Below, piece by piece: positions 54,468 through 63,027 of a stretch of 64,000 bases of DNA. The notes below the pieces were generated by a model, which searched no databases, was not told the origin of the DNA, and worked only from the letters and a program-made list of their open reading frames with translations. Every line of letters starts with the position of its first letter. The first letter of the stretch is position 1. This stretch comes from a virus. Where the stretch lies: the IMG/VR virus record IMGVR_UViG_3300009164_000039. One strand, given 5' to 3'. A program made the translations under genes and the position numbers.

Positions 54468-54936
54468 TTTTAGTTTCCTTTTTTGTTTCGTACTCTGCTG
54501 TTTGTCTAGCATACTCTGCCGCACGTTTGGCCTCGCATGGTTTGCATGTGGTCTTGATCCATCCACCGTGTGTTTGCTCGCCGGGATTACCGCATGTTTC
54601 GCAAGTGACAGCACTCATGCTTTCTGCCATGCTAACCATGCCGTCAATCACATCATCACCACCTGTGTAGTAGAAACGCAATGTGCCAAACTTTTCCTTA
54701 ACTTGGTCCAGAGTCACTTGAGGTACTTGTTTGTACTGCTTGTAACCTTTTTCAAAGTTCTTGTTGTTCCAGTCAATATGATGCTGGATATTGCTCATGA
54801 GCAGATTCAAGATGTTGTACCAACCATCGCCGCATTCAAAGCCCCAGCACATGCAAGTTTCCTTCATGTCTTTGTTGCGATTAACCATCATCTTAGGATA
54901 CTTCTCGCACAGCTTTTGGTCTAGTTCTTGTCTCAT
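54418..54936 (-). CDS. Conserved phage hypothetical protein with CxxC ('QVKEKFGTLRFY...CETCG')
   Basis: 172 aa; pattern common in phage genomes. Confidence 0.7.
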   Translation of the reverse strand: MRQELDQKLCEKYPKMMVNRNKDMKETCMCWGFECGDGWYNILNLLMSNIQHHIDWNNKNFEKGYKQYKQVPQVTLDQVKEKFGTLRFYYTGGDDVIDGMVSMAESMSAVTCETCGNPGEQTHGGWIKTTCKPCEAKRAAEYARQTAEYETKKETKNELNYQFISEDTGSHD

Positions 54937-54940
54937 ATTA

Positions 54941-55186
54941 TCACCAGTTAGAAACGTCAGTCACGTCAGTTTTAATTTCGGTGTTGTCACCACCTAGGTT
55001 GAGTGTAAAACGCAAACTCATACTTGATCCAATGCCAGACTCATTGCTGATATGCAATTCAAAGTCATTGATATCTTGGAAGTGTTCAGCCATCTCACTC
55101 ATTTGTATGATCTGCTTGCGTGTGAGATGTATCACCGTGGGTGAGCTGTATGTGGTTTGCACAAACCCTTTGTCTTTTTTAGTCAT
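54941..55186 (-). CDS. Hypothetical protein
   Basis: ATG 55186 with GGAGG. Confidence 0.6.
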   Translation of the reverse strand: MTKKDKGFVQTTYSSPTVIHLTRKQIIQMSEMAEHFQDINDFELHISNESGIGSSMSLRFTLNLGGDNTEIKTDVTDVSNW

Positions 55187-55418
55187 GTTCGCCTCCGTAG
55201 TATTTGATAATTTCACCCATGGCTCTGATCAGCACAGTGTTGTTTACCACATCCTCTGGATGCAACCAAACACCGTCGGGATTGCTGTCAGTCTTGGGAT
55301 TCTTTTCCCAGTTCTTTAGTTCTGTCTTTAGATATCGGCGTTGCTCTTGCAATGATGCAAGCACAATGCCATCAGCCACTTCAAATGGTATTTCAAGACC
55401 AGTTGCTTTTTTACTCAT
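55179..55418 (-). CDS. Hypothetical protein
   Basis: 79 aa, ATGA coupling. Confidence 0.6.
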   Translation of the reverse strand: MSKKATGLEIPFEVADGIVLASLQEQRRYLKTELKNWEKNPKTDSNPDGVWLHPEDVVNNTVLIRAMGEIIKYYGGEHD

Positions 55419-55987
55419 ACAGTATCCTTACAGTCGTCGGGCCATTCACTAGGAACCCATCCTAGCACATACATATCGTTTTCAATCTCTTCCGTTACAG
55501 TACCTTCTGGCACAAAACCTTTTGCTTCAAGAGTTGCACTGCCGTCATCTGCATCGTCATCACTTAGATGATTTCCTATACCAGAGCAGTACCAGTCAAT
55601 ATAGTCGCCCTTGCCCTGCAGATCTGCAACGATTCCACCTGAACTGCGCCAGCTACACGACCAGTATTGATCCTTGAGGATAGGTATTACTTCGCGCTTC
55701 TGCCAACGCATGTTACACAATGCCGCATACAAATGCTGTGCATAAACATCACTGCGACATTTTTCAATCACCCATTTGGTAGTACGCAGATCAAACTCTA
55801 GATTCTGTTGTTGCCATTCAGGATCAGCTTCAAGTTCGTTGGCACGAGTGTTCCAGTCGTCGTAGAACTTGATCATGCGTTTGACTTCTGGATCATCTAG
55901 ACTCTTGCCAGCTTCAAGAGTTCGTTGGATGTAGCCTTCTTTTTGGAAGGTGCCGCGGTCTGGGCTGGATGCTAGTTCAGTGTTCAC
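55415..55987 (-). CDS. Hypothetical protein
   Basis: 190 aa; 'YA..LYAALCN', 'SCSWRSSGGIVA', 'DWYCSG'. Confidence 0.7.
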   Translation of the reverse strand: MNTELASSPDRGTFQKEGYIQRTLEAGKSLDDPEVKRMIKFYDDWNTRANELEADPEWQQQNLEFDLRTTKWVIEKCRSDVYAQHLYAALCNMRWQKREVIPILKDQYWSCSWRSSGGIVADLQGKGDYIDWYCSGIGNHLSDDDADDGSATLEAKGFVPEGTVTEEIENDMYVLGWVPSEWPDDCKDTV

Positions 55988-56207
55988 TTAGTTTATCCCA
56001 CATTAGTTCATAGTCTTTTACATTGGCCGCACATCTAATGTAACCTTGCGCGATTGCCCAGTCTAGCGTTGTGGCAACATTAGACGGAGCGCCGGGCATG
56101 ACCACAATCTCAGCACGAGGATACACACATATACCATCAATGATGTTGAAGTCAGGCTCGCCTGCTTGTATAGTGCGAACAATGCTTTTATGTACGGTGT
56201 AGGTCAT
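55977..56207 (-). CDS. Hypothetical protein
   Basis: ATG 56207, ATGA-coupled. Confidence 0.6.
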   Translation of the reverse strand: MTYTVHKSIVRTIQAGEPDFNIIDGICVYPRAEIVVMPGAPSNVATTLDWAIAQGYIRCAANVKDYELMWDKLSEH

Positions 56208-56386
56208 GCGTAATCCTTTGAAAGAGCATCCAGCACATCTTGCCGATCTTGATTGATATAGCACATGGCCACATGCAACATCTGATGAGCATGATCAATG
56301 TCGTGTGGAATAACTACCCGTCGACCTTGATACAGATCTTTGAGTGTTGTTTCAAGTTCCTGAATACGTTCATACATGATATTCAT
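56204..56386 (-). CDS. Hypothetical protein
   Basis: 60 aa coupled to the rnh stop. Confidence 0.6.
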   Translation of the reverse strand: MNIMYERIQELETTLKDLYQGRRVVIPHDIDHAHQMLHVAMCYINQDRQDVLDALSKDYA

Positions 56387-57384
56387 GCTACAACTGCCTC
56401 CGGATATGCGGCACTCAAAAACTCTGCATAGTTCTGTGCTTGATCACCAATCTTGACCAACTGATGCTTGCCACAGAACTTCATAAACTTGACGCCAATT
56501 TGTGGAATGTCTTTGGGCACACTGCCGCCAGCAATGGTCTCTGCAATCTGCACTTTGACATCAACAGGCTGTGCTCGAAGGTCCACCAGCGTTACATTGC
56601 GTTCATAGTCATCCAGCACACGATGCTCATCGCCATTATGGTCCACCCAACGTTGCAACATGAGATTGTTCCAATTGAACCCTTTGGCTTTGCGATCGTC
56701 AAATGCTTCTTGCAAACCCACTTTGTTCTTGCTACCTTTGGTACGCACACCTGGATATGCAGAGAACACATTGTCAGTAGGATCGCCACGCATGCACTTC
56801 TCAAACAAGATCCATTCAGGTGCAGGAACAACTTTGGGTTCCTTGGTCTTCTTGTCCATCACACGTTTGCCTTTGTGATCAAAGATACCTTGTAGCGTGT
56901 GCAGTTGATCTGCCACACCGTTGTACTGATTCACATTGTCGGCCAGCAACTGATAGAAGTCAGTGTCTGAACTTACTATGGTGTGGTGATCGTCAGGGTG
57001 ACTTTGTATCCATCCTGCCACCAAGTCATCTGCTTCGAGGTTGGCGTGTTGGAGAACTGTACAATTTGATTTTTCTGTAAAGAAGGATTTAAGGTCGTCG
57101 AATGCTTCCCAGAAGAGACGATCCTCTTCCAGCTCTGCGTCACTAAGTGCGGCACGTGCAACTGCCCGGTTTTTCTTGTAGGGTGCATAAAAGTCCTTTC
57201 GCCAGCTTCGACCTTCCAAACAGATTACCACATGATTGGCACGTTGATCACGCCAGGCCTTGTGGATGCTTGCAAGTGTTACGTGAATAGCAAAGCCAAC
57301 CTTTTCTTCGGGTGTGGCTGCTCGGTGTGCCGCATGACGGGCACGGAAGAATGTATTAGCGGTGTCTACGATTAGATAGTTCAT
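56383..57384 (-). CDS. rnh: 5'-3' exonuclease / T4-type RNase H
   Basis: 'LIVD..N', 'EADD', 'IVSSDTDFYQL', 'GDPTDNV'. Confidence 0.85.
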   Translation of the reverse strand: MNYLIVDTANTFFRARHAAHRAATPEEKVGFAIHVTLASIHKAWRDQRANHVVICLEGRSWRKDFYAPYKKNRAVARAALSDAELEEDRLFWEAFDDLKSFFTEKSNCTVLQHANLEADDLVAGWIQSHPDDHHTIVSSDTDFYQLLADNVNQYNGVADQLHTLQGIFDHKGKRVMDKKTKEPKVVPAPEWILFEKCMRGDPTDNVFSAYPGVRTKGSKNKVGLQEAFDDRKAKGFNWNNLMLQRWVDHNGDEHRVLDDYERNVTLVDLRAQPVDVKVQIAETIAGGSVPKDIPQIGVKFMKFCGKHQLVKIGDQAQNYAEFLSAAYPEAVVA

Positions 57385-57390
57385 GCAGTA

Positions 57391-57419
57391 ATAATAGCAT
57401 ATTATTTACCCCATGTCAA
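57391..57419 (-). promoter_or_regulatory. sigma70-type promoter, leaderless mRNA likely
   Basis: TTGACA-17 nt-TATTAT, 6 nt before ATG 57384; no SD. Confidence 0.7.
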
Positions 57420-57458
57420 GCGGTTTAGCAAGCTGAATTTGGAAAAGTTAGTCCAAAA

Positions 57459-57842
57459 TCAAGAGATTTCACTGCGACCATTACCTAGATCTTTTCGATT
57501 CACGCCACGTGGGTTCATGGCTTCGTATTGTTCCCACGTTTCCAAAGCTACGTTTTTGCACACATCCTGGAACCAACGGTCGATAATCTGTTCATCATCT
57601 CGGCCAGCATAACCAGACTTGATCAGTTGCGCAATAAAGAACTCGTTCCAGTCCAGTTCAAATGCACCTTGACCAATGTTGTCTGCATCCAGTTCAATGC
57701 CCACAATGTTCACATAAGGTTTGCCTGCTTTGGTAGCTATCTCTTTTGGTGACAGTGTTTTCTTCACAGGTGCTTTTTTAGCCGCTGTTTTTTTTGCCGG
57801 AGCTGGTTCGGCTTCAACTGGTTTTGGTTTTTTAGTTGCCAT
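57459..57842 (-). CDS. Hypothetical protein with K/A-rich N-terminus
   Basis: ATG 57842, TAATG-coupled to queE. Confidence 0.7.
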   Translation of the reverse strand: MATKKPKPVEAEPAPAKKTAAKKAPVKKTLSPKEIATKAGKPYVNIVGIELDADNIGQGAFELDWNEFFIAQLIKSGYAGRDDEQIIDRWFQDVCKNVALETWEQYEAMNPRGVNRKDLGNGRSEIS

Positions 57843-58714
57843 TATTTTCCCCATCCATTGCCCCACAAGTCCACATGTAGACGAGGGCTGTAGTAGTAAC
57901 CACGTTTCATTGCTTCGTCTGCCACATGCACACGATTGGCATTGTATCCATTGGTAGTGCCGCCCACAGGCATCACATACACAGGACCCATGAATCCATT
58001 GCGTCGATATTCGTCAACTGCCTGGTCTACTTCTTCAAAGTCCACCAGCTTCTCAACCACAAACTTGAGATAGGTTACGCCGTATTCTTGATAGCCACAC
58101 ACAACATCAGGCTTGATGGCTTCTTCCCATGCTTCGCCACTTACACTTAGTTTGGGACTAACACTGAATTGCAGTTCACGGAACTGTCCCAGGTGATCTT
58201 CACGGAACTCACGATGCCATGCATCAATGCCTTCTCGAAAATCATCTGCTAGATCTTGGGTGCCATTGGTTTCAAATGTCACAAAGTTAAGATCCAGCAT
58301 ACGCTGATCTTGCAACAGTTCTGTGTATGCACGTTGCCACCCTAACAATGGTTCACCACCTGTGATGACCAAGTGTACGTCATTGCCATTGCCCTGCCGC
58401 CAGTTACCATTGGGACACAACTGTAATACTCTGTCAATAACAGCAGGTATCTCCAACATGGGGCTCAGGTCCTTGAACGCTGGATCCCAACTGGCATAGC
58501 TGTCACAACCTGTGTGTACCAGCGGCAGTTCTTCAAATGTCTTGTACTTGGTGGCATCTACCAAAGCACGTTCTGTGCTGAGTTCACCTGGCTTCATGCC
58601 AAAGCCTTCGCATTTGAAGTTGCATCCGAACGTGCGCAGGAACACACTGGGTACTCCTACATAGCGGCCTTCGCCTTGTGCTGAATAAAAAATTTCGCTA
58701 ACTTTAAGTTTCAT
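57842..58714 (-). CDS. queE: 7-carboxy-7-deazaguanine synthase (radical SAM)
   Basis: 'VSEIFYSAQGEG...G.PSVFLRTFGCNFKC...GCDSY', 'VITGGEPL', 'TFETNGT', 'SPK', 'LKFVV', 'RLHVDLWG'. Confidence 0.9.
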   Translation of the reverse strand: MKLKVSEIFYSAQGEGRYVGVPSVFLRTFGCNFKCEGFGMKPGELSTERALVDATKYKTFEELPLVHTGCDSYASWDPAFKDLSPMLEIPAVIDRVLQLCPNGNWRQGNGNDVHLVITGGEPLLGWQRAYTELLQDQRMLDLNFVTFETNGTQDLADDFREGIDAWHREFREDHLGQFRELQFSVSPKLSVSGEAWEEAIKPDVVCGYQEYGVTYLKFVVEKLVDFEEVDQAVDEYRRNGFMGPVYVMPVGGTTNGYNANRVHVADEAMKRGYYYSPRLHVDLWGNGWGK

Positions 58715-58731
58715 GTTTCACCTCTTTTGTC

Positions 58732-58760
58732 ATTATAACACTTCTGCAATAGCATTGCAA
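58732..58760 (-). promoter_or_regulatory. sigma70-type promoter for queE
   Basis: TTGCAA-17 nt-TATAAT with TG extended -10; SD GAGGTG. Confidence 0.7.
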
Positions 58761-59848
58761 ACAGTTTGCATATCATCCTTGCTCATTTCTAACCAGAACG
58801 GAATTGTTAGAGTTTGATCAGCAATGAGTTCTGCATTTACTATGCGTTCTGCGTTTGCTGACCAAAAGCCTGGATGTTTATTTACTAGCGGCTGATAAGG
58901 ACGTTTAGTTTGTATTCCTTTATCTGCTAGATGTTGTTCGACTCGATTTCTAACAGTCGTAGATTCAAATCGCACCACAAACATCTGTCGGATGTAATCT
59001 CTACAGCCAGTTTGGAATCGCATTTGTTCACCAAACGGTGAATCACCAAACCGATATTCTAACAGGTCTTGATATGCATTGAGTTGCATGCGGAATTGTT
59101 GCAGTCTAGCGGGCCAACGATCCAGCATGATATTAGCCACCGCCGCATGCAACTCACTTAGTTTTGCATTGGTTCCGTAGTCTTCTACAACCAACATACG
59201 ATCTGTTGTGGACCGACCTAAGTTTTGGCCAAAGCTGGTCATTGATCGTTGCACACCTTGCAGTTCCTTGGTAGTGACAATGAATCCACCTTCGCCTGCT
59301 GGCAGTGCTTTTGTGGCATGCATACTGAACATGGCAGTACATGTCCCAACATCTGGTTGACTGCCGAACGCTTGAGCACAGTCCATCACAACAGGAATGC
59401 CTGTTTCTTTTGCAAACTCACTCCACTCATCTGCTGGCAGGGTATGTCCAAACGTGGCCACGGGAATGACCATCTTGATTTCACCAGGATACTTGTTCAC
59501 AAGATCTCTGGCACGTGCGGGTGTTAGGATCCAATGATCAAGATCAATGTCACTTACTAACACACGATGTCCACAGCGTCTAACTGCGGTAGCAGTGGCA
59601 ATGTATGTGAGTGCTGGTACCAGGATATAACTGTTAACTGGGAGATAGTGGCTGGCAATGGCAACCTCAAGAGCAGTGGTTCCACTGGATGCAGTGACAA
59701 TTGGCTTGTTAAAGATCTGGGTCAGTCTGCTCTCAAGGATGTTATTGATAGGACCAAAGTTGCTGTAATGCCCAGACTCATTCATCTGATTAATATAAGG
59801 GGCCAACTCATCAGCAGTTGGCAACAGTGGTTTCATCACATTCATCAA
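58733..59848 (-). CDS. DegT-family PLP sugar aminotransferase, DesI/VioA-like (4-aminotransferase group)
   Basis: 'KPLLP..DEL...YSNFGP', 'SSGTTAL', 'DCAQAFG', 'FSMHATK...GEGG', 'GTNAKLSELHAA'. Confidence 0.8.
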   Translation of the reverse strand: MMNVMKPLLPTADELAPYINQMNESGHYSNFGPINNILESRLTQIFNKPIVTASSGTTALEVAIASHYLPVNSYILVPALTYIATATAVRRCGHRVLVSDIDLDHWILTPARARDLVNKYPGEIKMVIPVATFGHTLPADEWSEFAKETGIPVVMDCAQAFGSQPDVGTCTAMFSMHATKALPAGEGGFIVTTKELQGVQRSMTSFGQNLGRSTTDRMLVVEDYGTNAKLSELHAAVANIMLDRWPARLQQFRMQLNAYQDLLEYRFGDSPFGEQMRFQTGCRDYIRQMFVVRFESTTVRNRVEQHLADKGIQTKRPYQPLVNKHPGFWSANAERIVNAELIADQTLTIPFWLEMSKDDMQTVCNAIAEVL

Positions 59849-60273
59849 ATGTGATCGCCTTGAAAGTTACTTTGTTTTGGAGCCTCAGTAGGCCATTTCT
59901 TGTAGTTTCCTTTGCCTGGAATAGTGTTACGCACACCACCAACTGGATCTTCTACATCACCTGTTCTGCGAGGAATAAGATGAATGTGTGGCCAATTCAC
60001 AGTCTGTCCTGCGGCACTGCCGTAGTTGAGACCAACATTGAACCCATCACATTCACCATTGTGTATCATGCGCTTGCCTTCACGCACAGCATCCTCAAAG
60101 GCCTGAGCCAGTATAGACAAACTGTTGTATTGTGGAACAAACAACTTGTGCCCTGGTGTGCAAGGATACCGATCATTGAACACCGCAACATGAAAGTCTT
60201 GTTTAACAGTATCGTCCCACGGAGCAGAACTGTCGTCAATATGTTCTGGGCCTTCGAATATTTCTTCAACCAT
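59845..60273 (-). CDS. HIT-family nucleotide hydrolase
   Basis: 'D.YP..PGH.LFVP', 'GFNVGLN.G.AAGQTV.WPHIHLIPR..GD'; start may be 60273 or 60285. Confidence 0.88.
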   Translation of the reverse strand: MVEEIFEGPEHIDDSSAPWDDTVKQDFHVAVFNDRYPCTPGHKLFVPQYNSLSILAQAFEDAVREGKRMIHNGECDGFNVGLNYGSAAGQTVNWPHIHLIPRRTGDVEDPVGGVRNTIPGKGNYKKWPTEAPKQSNFQGDHI

Positions 60274-60274
60274 A

Positions 60275-60820
60275 TTAACCTTCATAGATTGCAGAATTGC
60301 CTGCGTGTTCAAAGCATTCCACACTCAACAATTTAACGCGAGCGTGTTCATCACCCAGCAAGTTTTTGTACTTGTTGGTAGGGTCATCATTGAGCCAATC
60401 GTTTGTCCAAGCATACACAAATTCTGCAAACTTTTCACAACCCACAGCAGGCAGTGTGATTAGATTGATAACACCTTTGTTGCCTACAGGATGTGCTTGA
60501 ACTTCTTCTGGCTTGCCGTTTAGTTCAGCATCTGCACTCCAACCTGACATGGCTTGAAACTGCTCAAGCATGGGATCATCTTGTGCCACAACCATGGTGT
60601 GATCAAATGTTTTTTCCAGGAATGCTTTGAGCTCGGCCAGGCCGCCAAAGTCTTGTACCCAGTTGCGCTCGTCCAGTTCTTCTGCTTCAAACACAAACTT
60701 GAAACCCAAACTGTATCCATGTAGCAAACTGCAATGACTGTGCGTGGCACGCCATTGTCTAAAAGTGCAACTCAGTCCACGATCGTTACCATAAGTTTTG
60801 GTACTAAAGCGTCTTGCCAT
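60275..60820 (-). CDS. queD: 6-carboxytetrahydropterin synthase-like (QueD/PTPS), copy B
   Basis: 'C.FRQW.A..SHC..LHGYS', 'D..NWV.DFGGL..LK.FL...FDHT..VA.DDP', 'GCEKFAE', 'E...NSAI'. Confidence 0.85.
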   Translation of the reverse strand: MARRFSTKTYGNDRGLSCTFRQWRATHSHCSLLHGYSLGFKFVFEAEELDERNWVQDFGGLAELKAFLEKTFDHTMVVAQDDPMLEQFQAMSGWSADAELNGKPEEVQAHPVGNKGVINLITLPAVGCEKFAEFVYAWTNDWLNDDPTNKYKNLLGDEHARVKLLSVECFEHAGNSAIYEG

Positions 60821-60841
60821 TTGAATCTCCTGATTGAAAGT

Positions 60842-61012
60842 TTACCAATGATGAATTACGCCAGCCACAATAAAGCAGTTGGTCAGTACATAGCATAACA
60901 CAATTACTGTACGAATGCAAGCAATTCGGTCTGCTTCAGCATCCGAATCGCCTGTTTTTTCGCCCAAACTTTTTGCCCAAAGGCGCCAAATTTTACGCAA
61001 ATAGATCTTCAT
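60842..61012 (-). CDS. 56-aa single-TM membrane protein
   Basis: ATG 61012; 'WRLWAKSLGEK...EAD.IA.IRT.I...Y.LTN.FIVAGVI.HW'. Confidence 0.6.
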   Translation of the reverse strand: MKIYLRKIWRLWAKSLGEKTGDSDAEADRIACIRTVIVLCYVLTNCFIVAGVIHHW

Positions 61013-61499
61013 TCCATTCACGATGGCCTTCACGGAACGCCATGTTTGATTGGGTTTCACGTACTTCCACACGATAGCACCACAGTCGCTTGGCTTCACC
61101 TTCACCCCACATTTCGGGAATGTACACACCATTCACATACTTGTACAGCATGTCGCTTAGGCCTTCGCAACCTAGTCGTGGTAACACCACAACCTTGGCC
61201 ATGTTGCGCTCTTGCAACAGTTTGTATATTTCCATTTCTGGATCATCTTGTGCCACGATCAAGGTATGGTCAAATTGGTCTTCAAGGATCTTCTTGAGTT
61301 CTTTGAGTCCGCCGTAGTCTGCGGCCCAGTTGCGCACGTCTAGGTCATTGGTTCCAAAATAGAACTTCATTGAGAATGAGTAACCATGTATTAGATTACA
61401 ATGACTATCACTCCTCCATTGACGGTAGGCGCATGGAAATGCGTCGTGATACTCTTTGGTACTTTGGTATTTGTATACCACTGGTTGTAGTGCTGACAT
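60993..61499 (-). CDS. queD: 6-carboxytetrahydropterin synthase-like (QueD/PTPS), copy A
   Basis: 'CAYRQW...SHCNLIHGYS', 'NWAADYGGLK.LK..LE..FDHT', 'GCEGL', 'VEVRET..N'. Confidence 0.88.
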   Translation of the reverse strand: MSALQPVVYKYQSTKEYHDAFPCAYRQWRSDSHCNLIHGYSFSMKFYFGTNDLDVRNWAADYGGLKELKKILEDQFDHTLIVAQDDPEMEIYKLLQERNMAKVVVLPRLGCEGLSDMLYKYVNGVYIPEMWGEGEAKRLWCYRVEVRETQSNMAFREGHREWNEDLFA

Positions 61500-61580
61500 G
61501 CTGTTTCTCCTATGTTGTTTAGCATAGGCTGGCAGAGTTTGATATAGCGGGATGAAGCCAAGGCCGCTTACAACTATTTA
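61500..61580 (-). ncRNA. Candidate cis-regulatory leader of queD: H-type pseudoknot plus SD-sequestering hairpin, starting at a TAAATA promoter core
   Basis: P1 AGCGG/CCGCU (61568-61564 with 61550-61546). Loop UUGGC pairs with GCCAG (61533-61529). Hairpin CCUAUG/CAUAGG (61528-61509) covers AGG of the SD. TAAATA at 61580-61575. Confidence 0.5.
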
Positions 61581-62069
61581 TTTTTGGCTAGGTCCGCCGG
61601 TGTCGTCTGATCCTGTCGGCTCATATAATTGTATCTTCTTTTTCAAGTCTTCTGCATTGGCCACACGCTGGCGAAGTTCACTAGAACTAAAACTGTGATC
61701 ACGACCGTTAAAGTATAGATCAATGTTTCGCTTGTGACAAATCTCACGACCAGTAAACTCTTTACCTTCGTACTCTACCCCCAGGATACGCATGTCAATT
61801 GGCAGGATAAGAAGCAAGTCTTCAAGATCTTTTTCTGTGTTGTAGACCCATACTTCGTCCACGTACTTGCAACCTACCAGTTGTAGTTGACGTTCCACTA
61901 CACTTTGTACCGGACGATTCTTGTTAGGGCGATCCAAGGTTGGGTCGTTTTGTAGAGCACAAATCAGGTACTCGCATTGTTCTTTTGACTCGCGAAGCAT
62001 GGCAATGTGCCCTGCATGTAGCAAGTCAAATGTTGAGGCTGTGAAGCCTACTCGTTTTCCATTCATCAT
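61578..62069 (-). CDS. Cytidylyltransferase (TagD/RfaE-like, HxGH family)
   Basis: 'GFTASTFDLLHAGH', 'ER..QL...KYVDEV', 'G..Y', 'R.H.FSSS.LR'. Confidence 0.9.
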   Translation of the reverse strand: MMNGKRVGFTASTFDLLHAGHIAMLRESKEQCEYLICALQNDPTLDRPNKNRPVQSVVERQLQLVGCKYVDEVWVYNTEKDLEDLLLILPIDMRILGVEYEGKEFTGREICHKRNIDLYFNGRDHSFSSSELRQRVANAEDLKKKIQLYEPTGSDDTGGPSQK

Positions 62070-62464
62070 TTTAGTTCTCTCTTAAATCCCTTGAATTCTC
62101 CAGATGCAGTTGATATCAACGTGCTTTCTGAATTGAATAATTCTATGTCAATGGTCCAAACATCGTCAACAATTGACTTTACTAAACCTCTGCCCGTGAT
62201 AGTAGGGGTACGATATGTCTTAACAAGATCTATGTTTAGATTCTTTGTTAGTCCGTTGTATCCTGCCTGTCCTAATAGCATACTACCAACCATGTCTGCA
62301 CACAACCAAGTGTACCATCCTGCTACAATTCTAACCTCGGGACGTATTACAAACTTCGGGTCTACAGCAGACAGTTTCACAACAATAGATTTGTCAGGCA
62401 CATGCTCTAGTATACTGTACGACAGTATGTTAGTGCAATAGTCAAGTGATTTTATTTCTCCCAC
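62066..62464 (-). CDS. Hotdog-fold (PaaI-like thioesterase) protein; start uncertain
   Basis: 'GW...LCADMVG', 'T.NLNIDL', 'ITGRG.V', 'ELFN...LISTASGEF'. Candidate GTG starts at 62464 or 62401. Confidence 0.5.
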   Translation of the reverse strand: MGEIKSLDYCTNILSYSILEHVPDKSIVVKLSAVDPKFVIRPEVRIVAGWYTWLCADMVGSMLLGQAGYNGLTKNLNIDLVKTYRTPTITGRGLVKSIVDDVWTIDIELFNSESTLISTASGEFKGFKRELK

Positions 62465-63027
62465 CAGCACTCCCACGGAAACACCACCCACGATGGTTCC
62501 TCTAGTTTGTTAATAGTTAGTCCTACGTAATCCACGTTCTTAAATTCACTGGCCTCATTGTTTACGACAGTGGCAAAGCGAACAGTGTTGTGCCAGATAT
62601 CTGCCCAGTCTGGATCATTGGGCAAGCAACCACTTGGCCAGTCTTCCTTGATCCAGTTCAGTGTGCGACCTGAATCGTTGATGTCATCCACAATCAAGAT
62701 CTTCTTGCGTAGTGCAGGTTCAGTTGTTACCCGATCAGGGTCACGAGCCACAGGAAGCTCAGTGCCTTCGTAGGGAACATAACCATACGCATCTTCTGCC
62801 ATCCACAAGTTACTTTCAGGGCCAGATTCAGCGTCACGGAAACTGATGTGTAGGGTGTACATGGGCACGTCAAGATACTGACTGATCATCACAGCAGGAA
62901 CCAATCCTCCACGTGTGATGCCTACCACATAGTCAGGCCGCCAATCACCCAGCTCACGAATGATATTTCGCACATGCTTTCGTATGTGTTTGTTGTTTAA
63001 TTCAATAAGTTTGTTCTTCGTAATCAT
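62452..63027 (-). CDS. Type I phosphoribosyltransferase (Gpt-like)
   Basis: 'VVGITRGGLVPA', PRPP loop 'ILIVDDINDSGRTL', 'WVVFPWE'. Confidence 0.9.
   Translation of the reverse strand: MITKNKLIELNNKHIRKHVRNIIRELGDWRPDYVVGITRGGLVPAVMISQYLDVPMYTLHISFRDAESGPESNLWMAEDAYGYVPYEGTELPVARDPDRVTTEPALRKKILIVDDINDSGRTLNWIKEDWPSGCLPNDPDWADIWHNTVRFATVVNNEASEFKNVDYVGLTINKLEEPSWVVFPWECWWEK

Noticed and set aside
62409-62445. Possible internal sigma70 promoter before the thioesterase-like gene (TTGACT and TATACT)
   Set aside because: The spacer is 25 nt and no hexamer pair has a 16-18-nt spacing, so it is left as an uncertainty in the start codon only.
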